This document shows positions 38,669 through 48,334 of a stretch of DNA of 64,000 nt, in pieces. How positions within the stretch are numbered: the first letter of the stretch is position 1; each line of letters begins with the position of its first letter. Source of the stretch: Dehalococcoidia bacterium. Lineage in GTDB: Bacteria; Chloroflexota; Dehalococcoidia; GIF9; AB-539-J10. The stretch covers positions 32,395-96,394 of the forward strand of contig JAGGVQ010000017.1 in the NCBI GenBank assembly GCA_021157895.1. The letters run 5' to 3'. A program made the position numbers and the translations under genes. Below the pieces are notes generated by a model, which saw only the letters and a list, made by a program, of their open reading frames with translations, searched no databases and was not told the DNA's origin.

Positions 38669-41089
38669 TCAGGTTGTTTCTACGGGATCAACGTCCACGG
38701 TCCATCCTTGTGGCAGGCTTATTCTGGACAAAATTTGCACTAGGTTATGTCCTTGGAGGATGAGTTGCCAGCGATATCTGCCCCTGATCCTGAGTGCAAA
38801 AGCAGGAGTGGGGCCAATCAACTTTAACTGTGACGCAGTTTGCCCTTTTACTTCCCTGAGGAGAAGTTGGCTTATTCTTTCTGTTTCACGACGGCATATA
38901 TTCTCATTGGTGTGAGTATAAATGAGGCGAACAAACTGGGTGAAAGGGGGATAGTGGTATTGGCGCCGATAGTTGATCTCTTGATGGTAAAACTCCAGGT
39001 AGTCCTGTTTTGCTGCGGCTTTAATAATATAGCTTTCTGGATTGTAGGTTTGTATGATTACCTTCCCTGCCTTAAGCCCCCTGCCGGCTCTGCCAGCTAC
39101 CTGGCAGAGCAATTGGAATGTGCGCTCCCCAGCACGAAAGTCGGGAAAATTGAGACCAGTGTCAGCGCTGATAATTCCGGATAGAGTTATTTGAGGTATG
39201 TCTAAACCCTTAGCTATCATCTGTGTGCCAATAAGAATGTCAGCGCTGTGATCACGAAAAGCTGCCAGCAATTTTTCATGGGTATCTCTCTTTGTAGTAG
39301 TATCCTTGTCCCAGCGGAGCAATCTTGCATTGGGGAAAAGATATTTCACTTCTTCCTCTACTTTCTGTGTTCCTATGCCAAGGAATTTCAGATGTTGACT
39401 GTGGCATTGGGGGCAGGTGGTGGGGACTGGAATAGAGTAATGGCAGCGATGGCAGGATAGTTTGTTTTCTGCTGTATGGTAGGTAAGAGCTATGGAGCAG
39501 CGTGGACAGCGAAATACAAATCCACATCGGGGGCACTGAACGAAGGTGGATGTTCCCCGGCGATTTAGAAACAGGATTATCTGCTCATTTGCGGCGAGAG
39601 TTTGCTTTATTGCTGTAATTAAAGATCGGCTGAGTAATCCCCGATTCCCTGCCTGTAATTCTTCCCGCATGTTAACAATTTCAGCTTCGGGAAGAGGGGA
39701 ATAGCCATGAGGTGTTACTCGTTCTCGTAATTCTACTATCTGGTATTTTCCTGATTGTGCTTTGTGAAAGCTATCAATGTCGGGAGTGGCACTTCCCAGT
39801 ATTGTAGGTATATTGCTGAGCTGGCTTAGTTTAATTGCTACATCTCGTGCATGATAGCGAGGGGATTTGTCCTCTTGCTTGTAAGTCTCTGCATGTTCTT
39901 CATCAATGATGATTAGGCCAAGATCAGGTTGTGGTGCAAAAAGTGCACTTCTCGGCCCTATAACTACATCACAACCACCTTCTCGTATCCATTGCCACTC
40001 GTCTAGCTGTTCTCCCGGGGAGAGACCACTGTGGAGCACAGCTACACGCCCAGGGAAGCGGCTGGCGAATCTCTCTATTGTTTGGCGTGTCAAGGATATT
40101 TCAGGAATCAGGCAAATACCTCGTTTACCAGTAGCAACAACCAGAGAGAGAGCCTTTAAATAGATTTCCGTCTTGCCGCTGCCGGTGACCCCAAAGAGAA
40201 GGAAAACGTGGTGTTGGTTACTAACTAATTTTTCCCTGATAGATTTCCAGACGGATTGTTGATCTGATGTGAGGATATGGGGAGGAGTGGATGCCCACGG
40301 TATGCGAGATAAGGGGTCACGCCTAATAATGATATCTTCCCTGGTGACCAGATGCTGTTCCTCCAGGGCATTAATGGCATTATAGGAGCAATTGAGGTGT
40401 TTTCTAATTTGTCTAATGGTGACCGGCTGGGTCTGTGTTTTCAGGAAATTCAGGATAGCTATCTGGCTGTGGGCCCGGCGGGCTGTCAGCAGGGCTATTT
40501 TATTGTCAAGCTTTTCACCACTGGATGTTAACTTGATACACGATAGGGATTTTGGTTTTATCCTTGCTTTGTCTAGCTCTTGGGTTTTTATAATTAGGCC
40601 TTGGTTTATTAGCTGGCTGGTGATTTTTTTCGTTTTTTGTATTCCTATCTTTCTCTCTACTGTTTTTGAGTTTATTTTTCCCTGTTCTTTTATGAATAGC
40701 AGCACATGTTTTTGTTCTGGGGTAAGTCGTGATATGCCTTTCTCCTCGTTTGTGATCTGAAAGTATGTTGATAGTTTACGGTTGAATCCAGGCGGAAACA
40801 TTAGTGCCATGGAATCGAATATTGGGGCTATATAATAATTGCTTATCCACTGTCCTAGTTTAGTTTGAACAGAAGATAGCAGTGGGGTACTGGTAATAAT
40901 ACCAGATATCTCCTTCATCACGGCGATTGAGGGCTGGTCAGATACCCTGATAACGATGCCCTGGGTAATTCTGGCTCCGAAGGGAACCCACACAGCTTGA
41001 CCACTTTTTATATTGAATTTTGGTGGTATCGCATAGGAGAAGGGGAGTTGGCTTCCAGGGAAATTGACCGCGATATCCGCATATTTCAT
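38669..41089 (-). CDS. priA: Primosomal protein N' (replication restart helicase)
   Basis: GVTGSGKTEIYL Walker A, DEEH box and CPRCG...CHRC...CPQC zinc-binding insert. 806 aa. Confidence 0.9.
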   Translation of the reverse strand: MKYADIAVNFPGSQLPFSYAIPPKFNIKSGQAVWVPFGARITQGIVIRVSDQPSIAVMKEISGIITSTPLLSSVQTKLGQWISNYYIAPIFDSMALMFPPGFNRKLSTYFQITNEEKGISRLTPEQKHVLLFIKEQGKINSKTVERKIGIQKTKKITSQLINQGLIIKTQELDKARIKPKSLSCIKLTSSGEKLDNKIALLTARRAHSQIAILNFLKTQTQPVTIRQIRKHLNCSYNAINALEEQHLVTREDIIIRRDPLSRIPWASTPPHILTSDQQSVWKSIREKLVSNQHHVFLLFGVTGSGKTEIYLKALSLVVATGKRGICLIPEISLTRQTIERFASRFPGRVAVLHSGLSPGEQLDEWQWIREGGCDVVIGPRSALFAPQPDLGLIIIDEEHAETYKQEDKSPRYHARDVAIKLSQLSNIPTILGSATPDIDSFHKAQSGKYQIVELRERVTPHGYSPLPEAEIVNMREELQAGNRGLLSRSLITAIKQTLAANEQIILFLNRRGTSTFVQCPRCGFVFRCPRCSIALTYHTAENKLSCHRCHYSIPVPTTCPQCHSQHLKFLGIGTQKVEEEVKYLFPNARLLRWDKDTTTKRDTHEKLLAAFRDHSADILIGTQMIAKGLDIPQITLSGIISADTGLNFPDFRAGERTFQLLCQVAGRAGRGLKAGKVIIQTYNPESYIIKAAAKQDYLEFYHQEINYRRQYHYPPFTQFVRLIYTHTNENICRRETERISQLLLREVKGQTASQLKLIGPTPAFALRIRGRYRWQLILQGHNLVQILSRISLPQGWTVDVDPVETT

Positions 41090-41207
41090 TTTAGATTGAG
41101 TAAGATTGATTAAAGAGGAACTTATCTAAATAATACACATTGCCTGGCTGGAATCAGTTTTCCCTTATGCTATGCGCTAGGATATTGCTGTTATTGCTTG
41201 TGGGTGG

Positions 41208-41609
41208 CTAGGATTGCTCTGTTGTGGTCTCTATTTTCTCTTTCTTGGCTTGTGTTTGTTCCTGTACCTTTTCTCTTTTTTCCTTCAGGCGAGATTGCTT
41301 GGCACTGAGCCTGCGCATGTAGTAAAGCTTAGCTCGGCGCACCTGGCCGTGTCTTAGTATTTGGACGTCTTGCAGCAGGGGTGATTGCAGAGAGAATGTA
41401 CGCTCCACGCCGATGCCAGAAGCTACCCGTCTTACTGTGAATTTACCGCCGTCGACGCTTTTCTTGGTAGCGATTACCATCCCTCGAAATTGCTGAATGC
41501 GCTCCTTCCCTCCCTCAGTGGTTTTTGCCTTAACCTGCACTGTGTCTCCAGGGGATATCTGGGGAATGCTGGCATTCAGTTTTGGTTTAACGATCTCTCT
41601 GATATCCAT
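41208..41609 (-). CDS. rplS: 50S ribosomal protein L19 with Lys/Glu-rich C-terminal extension
   Basis: Start set at MDIREI.., 5 nt after [22 protein letters not shown] core. Confidence 0.9.
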   Translation of the reverse strand: MDIREIVKPKLNASIPQISPGDTVQVKAKTTEGGKERIQQFRGMVIATKKSVDGGKFTVRRVASGIGVERTFSLQSPLLQDVQILRHGQVRRAKLYYMRRLSAKQSRLKEKREKVQEQTQAKKEKIETTTEQS

Positions 41610-42325
41610 GATTTCTCCTCGCATGATAAAATTACTTGTTGTAGCATTTCAGGGCGTCGAGTCGCGGTTCGCAGAATGGACTGGCGTTTTCTCCATTGGG
41701 CGATTTTCTCATGATTTCCTGATAGCAATATTGGTGGTACTGACCAGCTTCGATATGTCGCGGGCCTGGTATATTGTGGATATTCTAGCAGCCCATTCAG
41801 CCCGTTGCTATGTGAGTCATCTTTTGCAGATTCCTCGGACCCTAACACTCCAGGTATAAGTCTGGTTATAGCATCCACCATAACCATGGCAGCTAACTCC
41901 CCCCCGCTCAATACATAATCGCCGATGCTTATCTCGTCTGTGGCCAGGTGTTCATGGACTCGCTCATCGATTCCCTCGTAATGGCCGCAAATCAATATCA
42001 AGTGTGGTTGGAGGGCTAAATCTCGAATGATTTTCTGGGTCAGCAGCTTGCCTTGAGGGGTAAGTAGTACGATGGGCATGTTGTCTGTGTCAACTCCGTG
42101 CTGTATGGTCTCTGCCAGCTCGAAAATGGGCTCGGGCTTGAGAATCATACCAGGACCGCCACCATAGGGGTAATCGTCGACGGTGTGGTGGCTATCGTGT
42201 GTATAGTCGCGGATGTTGTGTGTCACAATATTGAGCAGGTTACTCTCCTTGGCCCGCTTGATAATGCTTTGCTCAAACGGAGAAGTAAACATATCAGGGA
42301 AAAGACACAAAATATCGATACGCAT
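41576..42325 (-). CDS. trmD: tRNA (guanine37-N1)-methyltransferase
   Basis: YPYGGGPGM and [11 protein letters not shown] motifs. The 3' end overlaps the rplS start by 34 nt. Confidence 0.9.
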   Translation of the reverse strand: MRIDILCLFPDMFTSPFEQSIIKRAKESNLLNIVTHNIRDYTHDSHHTVDDYPYGGGPGMILKPEPIFELAETIQHGVDTDNMPIVLLTPQGKLLTQKIIRDLALQPHLILICGHYEGIDERVHEHLATDEISIGDYVLSGGELAAMVMVDAITRLIPGVLGSEESAKDDSHSNGLNGLLEYPQYTRPATYRSWSVPPILLSGNHEKIAQWRKRQSILRTATRRPEMLQQVILSCEEKSWISERSLNQN

Positions 42326-42464
42326 TGGCTCCTCGCGAAAAGTTTTCTACTGGCTATCTTAGCATTTATCAAGTCACGATGGAAATTAAGTTGTTCTGGC
42401 GAGTTTTATTCTTGGAATGTTTCAATTTAGGTTACAGGAAACTTGAAAAAGTACTAAAAGGGTA

Positions 42465-42495
42465 TTGACAAAATACGGGTATGGTGGGTTACAAT
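42465..42495 (+). promoter_or_regulatory. Putative dcw-cluster promoter (Pmra-like)
   Basis: TTGACA (42465-42470) and TACAAT (42490-42495). The spacer is 19 nt, which is long. Confidence 0.4.
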
Positions 42496-42520
42496 AGATT
42501 TGTGGGGAAAAGTGGGGAAA
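42484..42520 (+). promoter_or_regulatory. GTGGG(G) direct repeats, candidate MraZ operator
   Basis: GTGGG at 42484. GTGGGGAAA at 42502 and again at 42512, exactly 10 bp apart, over the predicted transcription start. Confidence 0.5.
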
Positions 42521-42544
42521 TTTGGAGTAACGGGTAGTATTGTG

Positions 42545-42838
42545 ATGATAAATGTAGCAGACACCTGGTCAATGAAGTCACAACGGCAGGCTCTCTTTAA
42601 TCCGGTACAAAGACAGGTGCTCCTTTTTTGTGCCAAGTATCCTCAGATGAGGTTTACTGCTGATTGTATTTTGGCCTATCACGATGTAGATAAATCTGCG
42701 GTACAACGCGAAATACAAAACCTGGTTGCTGTGGGAGTAGTAGGAGAGGGGCTCAGTAACAATGGAAGGTCTTTTTTCTATGCCAAACTTGGAGCCATTG
42801 AGAGGGCTCTGAGCCAACCCGTGCACAGTAACAATTAG
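42545..42838 (+). CDS. Hypothetical small winged-helix-like protein upstream of mraZ
   Basis: PVQRQVLLFCAKYPQMRFTADCILAYHDVDKSAVQREIQNLVAVGVV resembles a wHTH. No clear SD. The start is uncertain (the ORF track starts at TTG 42500). Confidence 0.4.
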   Translation: MINVADTWSMKSQRQALFNPVQRQVLLFCAKYPQMRFTADCILAYHDVDKSAVQREIQNLVAVGVVGEGLSNNGRSFFYAKLGAIERALSQPVHSNN

Positions 42839-42877
42839 TGGGAGTGGATTAAGTAGAGCTAAGGAATTAGATAGAAT

Positions 42878-43300
42878 ATGTTTTACGGTACATATACCTA
42901 TAAGATCGATGAGAAAGGCAGGGTTCCCTTGCCCCCTAATTTTAGGCGGCAGACGAAGGGAAGTGTGATGCTAAAGAGGGGTATGGATAGGTGCATCGAG
43001 GTTTACCCCACAGATGTGTGGGATAAGTTAGCTGGTGAACTGGCTGCCAGGGTGGTGAGTCCTCTCAAGCGGAGGAGGTTGAATCGAATAGTTTTTGGAT
43101 CTGCCTTTAATGCTTCTTTTGATAAACAGGGCAGAATCATGCTTCCGGCAGGTTTGCGAGAATATGCGGCGATTACTGATGTAGCTGCTGTTGTGGGAGC
43201 TAATGACCGTATTGAGTTATGGAATGAAAAGCTTTTAGAGGAAGAGAAAACTATAGCTGAACAACAGGAATCACAAATTATTGAGGAATTTGGTGTGTAG
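42878..43300 (+). CDS. mraZ: Division/cell wall cluster transcriptional regulator MraZ
   Basis: MFYGTYTYKIDEKGRVPLP start, with a second repeat DKQGRIMLP. Confidence 0.9.
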   Translation: MFYGTYTYKIDEKGRVPLPPNFRRQTKGSVMLKRGMDRCIEVYPTDVWDKLAGELAARVVSPLKRRRLNRIVFGSAFNASFDKQGRIMLPAGLREYAAITDVAAVVGANDRIELWNEKLLEEEKTIAEQQESQIIEEFGV

Positions 43301-44206
43301 ATGGGGACTATGGTGATGTCTTCAGTTCATGTGCCTGTGATGGTGGATGAAGTCGTAGCAGGATTGCAAGTCCAACGTGCAGGAAAGTTTGTTGATTGTA
43401 CTGTGGGTTTGGGGGGGCATGCTGCTGCTATTCTGCGTCATATTTTTCCAGATGGGGATCTCTTGGGCCTTGATGTTGACTGCGAGGCAGTCAGCATAGC
43501 TCGTTCTAATCTTAGTATGTATCGTGACAAGGTTACCGTAGTTAACGATAACTTTAATAATCTTGAAGATATCTGTCGCAGACTTAATTTTTACCCGGTG
43601 GATGGCATTCTGTTCGACCTTGGTATTTCGTCCATGCAGTTGGATGTATCGCAACGTGGTTTTAGCTTTCGACGTGATGCTCCTCTGGATATGAGGTTTG
43701 ATACCTCTCAGGATTTGAATGCTGCGAATATTGTTAATACCTGTTCGGAGGAAGAGTTAGCTCATATTTTTAGGGAATATGGTGAGGAGCGTTATAGCAA
43801 GCGGATAGCCCGATGTATTGTCGAGGCTCGCCCGATTACTAATACGTTAGAACTTGCTCATATAGCGGAACGGGTTGCGGGTCGCAGGCGAGGCAGAATT
43901 CATCCTGCTACCAGGATCTTCATGGCACTTCGAATAGTTGTTAATAGCGAGCTTGAGAATTTGAGACTGGCCCTCGAGCAAGCTGTTAAATTGCTTCATT
44001 TTAGGGGGAGGCTCGTGGTTATCAGTTATCACTCCTTGGAAGATCGCATAGTTAAAGAATTTATGCGTTGTGCTTCCAGTGGGCGTGTGAGTTCTCCCTC
44101 CCTGAAGTTGATAACCAAGAAGATTATTAGACCGTCTGAAGAGGAGAGGGAAACCAATCCGCGCAGCCGCAGTGCCAAGATGCGAGTGGCTGAACGCCTT
44201 GAGTGA
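43301..44206 (+). CDS. rsmH: 16S rRNA (cytosine1402-N4)-methyltransferase
   Basis: HVPVM, DCTVGLGGH and DLGISS motifs. Confidence 0.9.
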   Translation: MGTMVMSSVHVPVMVDEVVAGLQVQRAGKFVDCTVGLGGHAAAILRHIFPDGDLLGLDVDCEAVSIARSNLSMYRDKVTVVNDNFNNLEDICRRLNFYPVDGILFDLGISSMQLDVSQRGFSFRRDAPLDMRFDTSQDLNAANIVNTCSEEELAHIFREYGEERYSKRIARCIVEARPITNTLELAHIAERVAGRRRGRIHPATRIFMALRIVVNSELENLRLALEQAVKLLHFRGRLVVISYHSLEDRIVKEFMRCASSGRVSSPSLKLITKKIIRPSEEERETNPRSRSAKMRVAERLE

Positions 44207-44235
44207 AAAATTAAGGGTCAAGCAAGGAGGTTAAA

Positions 44236-45450
44236 ATGGCAAAGAGAATTGTTACGGCTATTGATGTAGGGACAACCAAGATAGCTACGGTCATGGCAGA
44301 TGTAAAGTCACAAGATGATATTGAAGTTATTGGGTTGGGGGTGGTTCCCTCGCATGGCTTGCATAAAGGCATTGTTGTTAACATGGATGAGGCCAAGAGT
44401 TCTGTAGCTAGTTCGGTGAAGGAAGCCCAAAAAGTTAGTGGTTTGCGTATAGACTCTGCTTATGTGGGAGTTACCGGTAGACATGTAAGTAGCATTAACA
44501 ATCATGGGGTGGTATCTATACCACATAGTGACCGGTTGGTGCGCCCTCAGGATCTCAAGCGGGTGCTGTCTACAACTCGTGGTGCTCCTGTGCCTGAAGG
44601 GAAGAAGGTGTTGCATGCTATCCCTCGTTACTATGCTTTAGATGGACAGGAGAGGGTGAAAAAGCCAGTGGGCATGCATGGAACCAGGCTGGATGTAGAA
44701 ACTCACATTATTACTGCTTCAGTATCTTCGGTACGGAATCTGGCCAAGTGCATTCGCTCCGCTGGAATAGAAGTTGCTGATCTTATCCTGGAGCCATTGG
44801 CTAGTGGAGAAGCTGTATTAACTCCCCAGGAAATGGATGCGGGGATTATCATGGCTGATATTGGTGGAGGCACTACTGATATAGCTGTCTTTAAAGATGG
44901 CAGTATTTACCATACAGCTATTATCCCAGTAGCAGGGTATCAGCTTACCAGTGATCTTTCTATTGGGCTGGGATTACCCTTCACGGTAGCAGAGAGGATG
45001 AAAAAGAGGTACGGCAATGTTATGCCAGAGATGGAAGATGACCAGGTAGAGGACCTCGGCCTGGAGAATGGACATACGGCTTCTCACCGTGATCTGTGTA
45101 ATATTATCAGGTCACGTATGGAGGAGCTATTTGAGCTTATCCTTCTTGAGATGCCGACCACTGATTACCAGTCTCTAGCACCACATGGTTTGGTACTCAC
45201 AGGTGGTACTTCCAATTTAGAGGGGCTCGATGAATTGGGGCGAGCAGCACTGCGGATGCCTGTACGTAAAGGGCAACCATATGCAGAGATCTATGGCATT
45301 ACTGATGTTCTTTATGATCCTGCTTATGCTACTACTGTGGGATTAGTTCTGTGGCAGGCGAGGGATAAAGAACCATCCGCCTGGCAGGTTAAGAGAGGTG
45401 GTATTTTTGGTGGGTTTGTTAACTTAATTCGAAAAATATTCCGTTCCTAG
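44236..45450 (+). CDS. ftsA: Cell division protein FtsA
   Basis: Actin-fold IDVGTTKI and DIGGGTTDIAV phosphate motifs. Directly precedes ftsZ. Confidence 0.9.
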   Translation: MAKRIVTAIDVGTTKIATVMADVKSQDDIEVIGLGVVPSHGLHKGIVVNMDEAKSSVASSVKEAQKVSGLRIDSAYVGVTGRHVSSINNHGVVSIPHSDRLVRPQDLKRVLSTTRGAPVPEGKKVLHAIPRYYALDGQERVKKPVGMHGTRLDVETHIITASVSSVRNLAKCIRSAGIEVADLILEPLASGEAVLTPQEMDAGIIMADIGGGTTDIAVFKDGSIYHTAIIPVAGYQLTSDLSIGLGLPFTVAERMKKRYGNVMPEMEDDQVEDLGLENGHTASHRDLCNIIRSRMEELFELILLEMPTTDYQSLAPHGLVLTGGTSNLEGLDELGRAALRMPVRKGQPYAEIYGITDVLYDPAYATTVGLVLWQARDKEPSAWQVKRGGIFGGFVNLIRKIFRS

Positions 45451-45490
45451 ATCATGGAACCTTAAATACTTTTAGAAAGGAGGGGCACCA

Positions 45491-46627
45491 ATGTCAAAGA
45501 CAATTTATACACCGGCGCCGGCGAAAATCAAGGCTGTAGGTATTGGAGGAGGTGGGTGCAATGCTGTTACTCGCATGGTTCGTCAAGGAATCAAAGGTGT
45601 TGATTTCATTGCCATGAATACTGATGCGCAGGCTTTAATGCTAGCTGAAGCGCCGGCTCGAATTCAGCTGGGCGAAAAGTTAACTAAGGGATTGGGCGCA
45701 GGAGGGGACCCCAAAATTGGATTTAAGGCAGCCGAGGAAAGCCGCCAGATAATTGAGGAGGTTGTTGAGGGAGCAGATATGGTTTTTGTCAGCGGAGGTA
45801 TGGGGGGAGGGACTGGCACTGGTGGTATTGTTAGCGTTGCTGAAATTGCCAAGGAATCCGGTGCTCTCACAATTGGTGTGGTAACCAAACCTTTTAGTTT
45901 TGAAGGTGGAAACCGCATGGAGAAAGCAGAAGAAGGCATTATGAAGTTAACCTCCAAAGTTGACACCCTGATCATTATTCCTAATGATCGCCTTCTCCGA
46001 CTTTGTGATGCCAAGACAAGTGTTGACAGTGCTTTCAAGTTAGCTGATGACGCCCTTCGTTTGGGAGTGCAGGCTATTTCAGAGGTGGTTACCGTCCCTG
46101 GTTTGATTAACCTGGACTTTGCTGATGTAAGATCGGTGATGCAGAATGCCGGTCCGGCATGGATGTCCAGTGGGAAAGGCAGTGGTCAAAACCGAGCTGC
46201 TGAAGCTGCCAGAGCGGCTTTAGCCAGTCCTCTGCTCGATGTTGCTGTCAAGGGCGCTCAGGGTGTGCTATTTACCGTTACGGGAGATGATAGTCTTACC
46301 CTCTTTGAATGTAATGAAGCTGCCCAGATTATTGGTCAGGCAGTTGATCCTAGGGCCAACATTATTTTTGGCGTGGTGCCTGATAAAGATTTGGATGGTG
46401 AGGTTAAGATTACTGTTATTGCGACAGGTTTCTCTTCTCAGTATGGCAGGGGTGCACCTGATGCTCAAGAGCTACGCAGGTTATTGAAAGGAGAGGGGAA
46501 TGCTCTTGATGTTCCTTCCTTTATACGGCGCCGCGCGGGGCAGGGCTATTCTAGCTCTCAACTGGATGCTGCCCTTAAGGGGAGTACAGGGGTTACCCCA
46601 CAGCCATCTAGAATTTCGTGGCAATAG
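45491..46627 (+). CDS. ftsZ: Cell division protein FtsZ
   Basis: GGGMGGGTGTGG tubulin signature, NTDAQAL, and C-terminal DVPSFIRRR peptide followed by a ~30 aa tail. Confidence 0.95.
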   Translation: MSKTIYTPAPAKIKAVGIGGGGCNAVTRMVRQGIKGVDFIAMNTDAQALMLAEAPARIQLGEKLTKGLGAGGDPKIGFKAAEESRQIIEEVVEGADMVFVSGGMGGGTGTGGIVSVAEIAKESGALTIGVVTKPFSFEGGNRMEKAEEGIMKLTSKVDTLIIIPNDRLLRLCDAKTSVDSAFKLADDALRLGVQAISEVVTVPGLINLDFADVRSVMQNAGPAWMSSGKGSGQNRAAEAARAALASPLLDVAVKGAQGVLFTVTGDDSLTLFECNEAAQIIGQAVDPRANIIFGVVPDKDLDGEVKITVIATGFSSQYGRGAPDAQELRRLLKGEGNALDVPSFIRRRAGQGYSSSQLDAALKGSTGVTPQPSRISWQ

Positions 46628-46651
46628 GGCTTTTTTATATTTCGCTATAGT

Positions 46652-46690
46652 ATAGGAGAGAGCACTAGATCAGTTCGTGCCCTCTCCTAT
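46652..46690. other. Strong hairpin between ftsZ and pyrF
   Basis: ATAGGAGAG-a-GCAC, 11 nt loop, GTGC-c-CTCTCCTAT. That is 13 bp with one mismatch. No adjacent U tract on either strand. Confidence 0.5.
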
Positions 46691-46781
46691 GTGCGGAGTT
46701 CTTCCTAGTGTGTGTGATGACATGTCCTGTAGGCGTGAATCTTTAATTTGGATATAGCTCCTGATATTATTTATCGGGGCA

Positions 46782-47597
46782 ATGAACTTTACCGACAAAT
46801 TACTGGCTGCCAGCGAAAAGAATAAGAGTTTACTTTGTGTCGGGCTCGATCCTGATCCTGTGCACATGCCACTTTCAGATGTTCTTGAGTTCAACAAAGT
46901 TATTGTCGATGCTACAAAAGATCTGGTATGTGCCTATAAACCTAATTTGGCCTTTTATGAGGCGTTGGGTATTCCGGGACTTGTTACCCTGCAACGGACT
47001 ATTGAGTATATACCAGATAGTATTCCCATAATTGGCGATGCTAAGCGTGGAGACGTAGGCCATAGTGCCGAGGCTTATGCCCGAGCCTTGTTCTCGGTTT
47101 TCAACTTTGATGCTATTACTGTCAGTCCTTACCTTGGTTTCGATTCTCTAGAACCGTTTATTAGCTATAATGCCAAAGGGATATTCATTCTTTGTCGGAC
47201 GTCGAATTTGAGTTCCTCAGATTTTCAGGATCTTCGTATTGATGGCTTTCCCTTATATATAGTGGTGGCAGCAAGAGCGAAAGAGTGGAATGTGCATGGT
47301 AATGTTGGACTTGTGGTGGGGGCTACTTATCCTAAGGAATTAGAGAAAGTCCGCTCGATGTGTCCCTCTATGCATTTGCTTATCCCTGGCGTTGGTGCCC
47401 AGGGGGGAGATTTAGCTTCAGCGATTGATTATGGAGTTGGCATTGGAGGAGGCAAGCCAATTATTGCTGTGTCGCGCCAGATTTTATATGCCTCGAGGGA
47501 TGCTGATTTTGCTGAAGCTGCGAGGAGTACAGCTAAGAAAATTCGTGACCAGATTAATCTTTATCTGGTTGATTCCGGTGGAGTAACATCTGATTAG
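46782..47597 (+). CDS. pyrF: Orotidine 5'-phosphate decarboxylase (type 2)
   Basis: LCVGLDP and IGDAKRGDVGHSA motifs. 271 aa. Confidence 0.9.
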   Translation: MNFTDKLLAASEKNKSLLCVGLDPDPVHMPLSDVLEFNKVIVDATKDLVCAYKPNLAFYEALGIPGLVTLQRTIEYIPDSIPIIGDAKRGDVGHSAEAYARALFSVFNFDAITVSPYLGFDSLEPFISYNAKGIFILCRTSNLSSSDFQDLRIDGFPLYIVVAARAKEWNVHGNVGLVVGATYPKELEKVRSMCPSMHLLIPGVGAQGGDLASAIDYGVGIGGGKPIIAVSRQILYASRDADFAEAARSTAKKIRDQINLYLVDSGGVTSD

Positions 47598-47730
47598 TTT
47601 TGTTACTGCATGCCCATGGTATTTCAATAGCAATCTGCTAAATGATAAGTGCTCATATGGTTGTGGCAATAACAACAAGCTCCCTGCGCAGTGAGCAACA
47701 GTCTTCTTAACTTTAGTGCCCATTCAAGAA

Positions 47731-47759
47731 TTGGATCATTGCATGTCACTATATATAGT
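47731..47759 (+). promoter_or_regulatory. Putative promoter of nrdR-nrdJ operon
   Basis: TTGGAT, 17 nt spacer, TATAGT. Confidence 0.5.
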
Positions 47760-47761
47760 GA
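47746..47761. promoter_or_regulatory. NrdR box (perfect 16-bp palindrome TCACTATATATAGTGA)
   Basis: Read directly. Matches the AT-rich palindromic NrdR-box type (..CACTATATATAGTG..) and overlaps the -10 element. Confidence 0.7.
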
Positions 47762-47799
47762 TAGAATTTCCAAGCAGTATAGATGTTGGGGGCAATTTT

Positions 47800-48309
47800 A
47801 TGAAATGTCCTTATTGTGGTGGCTGGCAATCGAGGGTAGTGGACTCAAGAAGTCTGGATGAAGGGGTAAGGCGGCGCAGGAAATGTCTTGCTTGTGGCTC
47901 TCGCTTTACTACGTATGAGCGTGTGCAAGCTCATAGTATCTTCGTCATTAAGAATGATAATCGCCGTGAGGAGTTCAATCGGGGCAAGCTGGCCTCTGGG
48001 ATTCGTAAGGCCTGCGAGAAACGTCCTATTCCGGTAGGTGCTGTGGATAAACTCATTGATAATACTGAAGCTGAGCTCTATCGCTTGGGGAAGCTTGAAT
48101 TTCCTAGCTCTTTGATTGGGGATATGGTTATGGAAGGGCTTAAAAATTTGGACCATATAGCATATATTCGTTTTGCCAGTGTTTATCGCAAGTTTGATGA
48201 TATTGGTATCTTGAAGCAAGAAGTAGATAATTTAGCTGGGGACAGTGCTGAGGCAGCATCAGGACAGCTGTCACTATTACCTTCCCAGCTTGTAGATCAT
48301 TCAGCCTAG
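47800..48309 (+). CDS. nrdR: Transcriptional repressor NrdR
   Basis: Start set at MKCPYCGGWQSRVVDSR (zinc ribbon) after a G-rich SD. ATP-cone VIKNDNRREEFNRGKL. Confidence 0.9.
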   Translation: MKCPYCGGWQSRVVDSRSLDEGVRRRRKCLACGSRFTTYERVQAHSIFVIKNDNRREEFNRGKLASGIRKACEKRPIPVGAVDKLIDNTEAELYRLGKLEFPSSLIGDMVMEGLKNLDHIAYIRFASVYRKFDDIGILKQEVDNLAGDSAEAASGQLSLLPSQLVDHSA

Positions 48310-48334
48310 CGGTTGGGGGAGAGCACGAGGAAAG

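Noticed and set aside
47774-47789. Second NrdR box (GCAGTATAGATGTTGG) downstream of the perfect box.
   Set aside because: About 10 of 16 positions match a generic consensus, the site is barely palindromic, and the centre-to-centre distance is ~28 bp rather than the usual ~31-32 bp.
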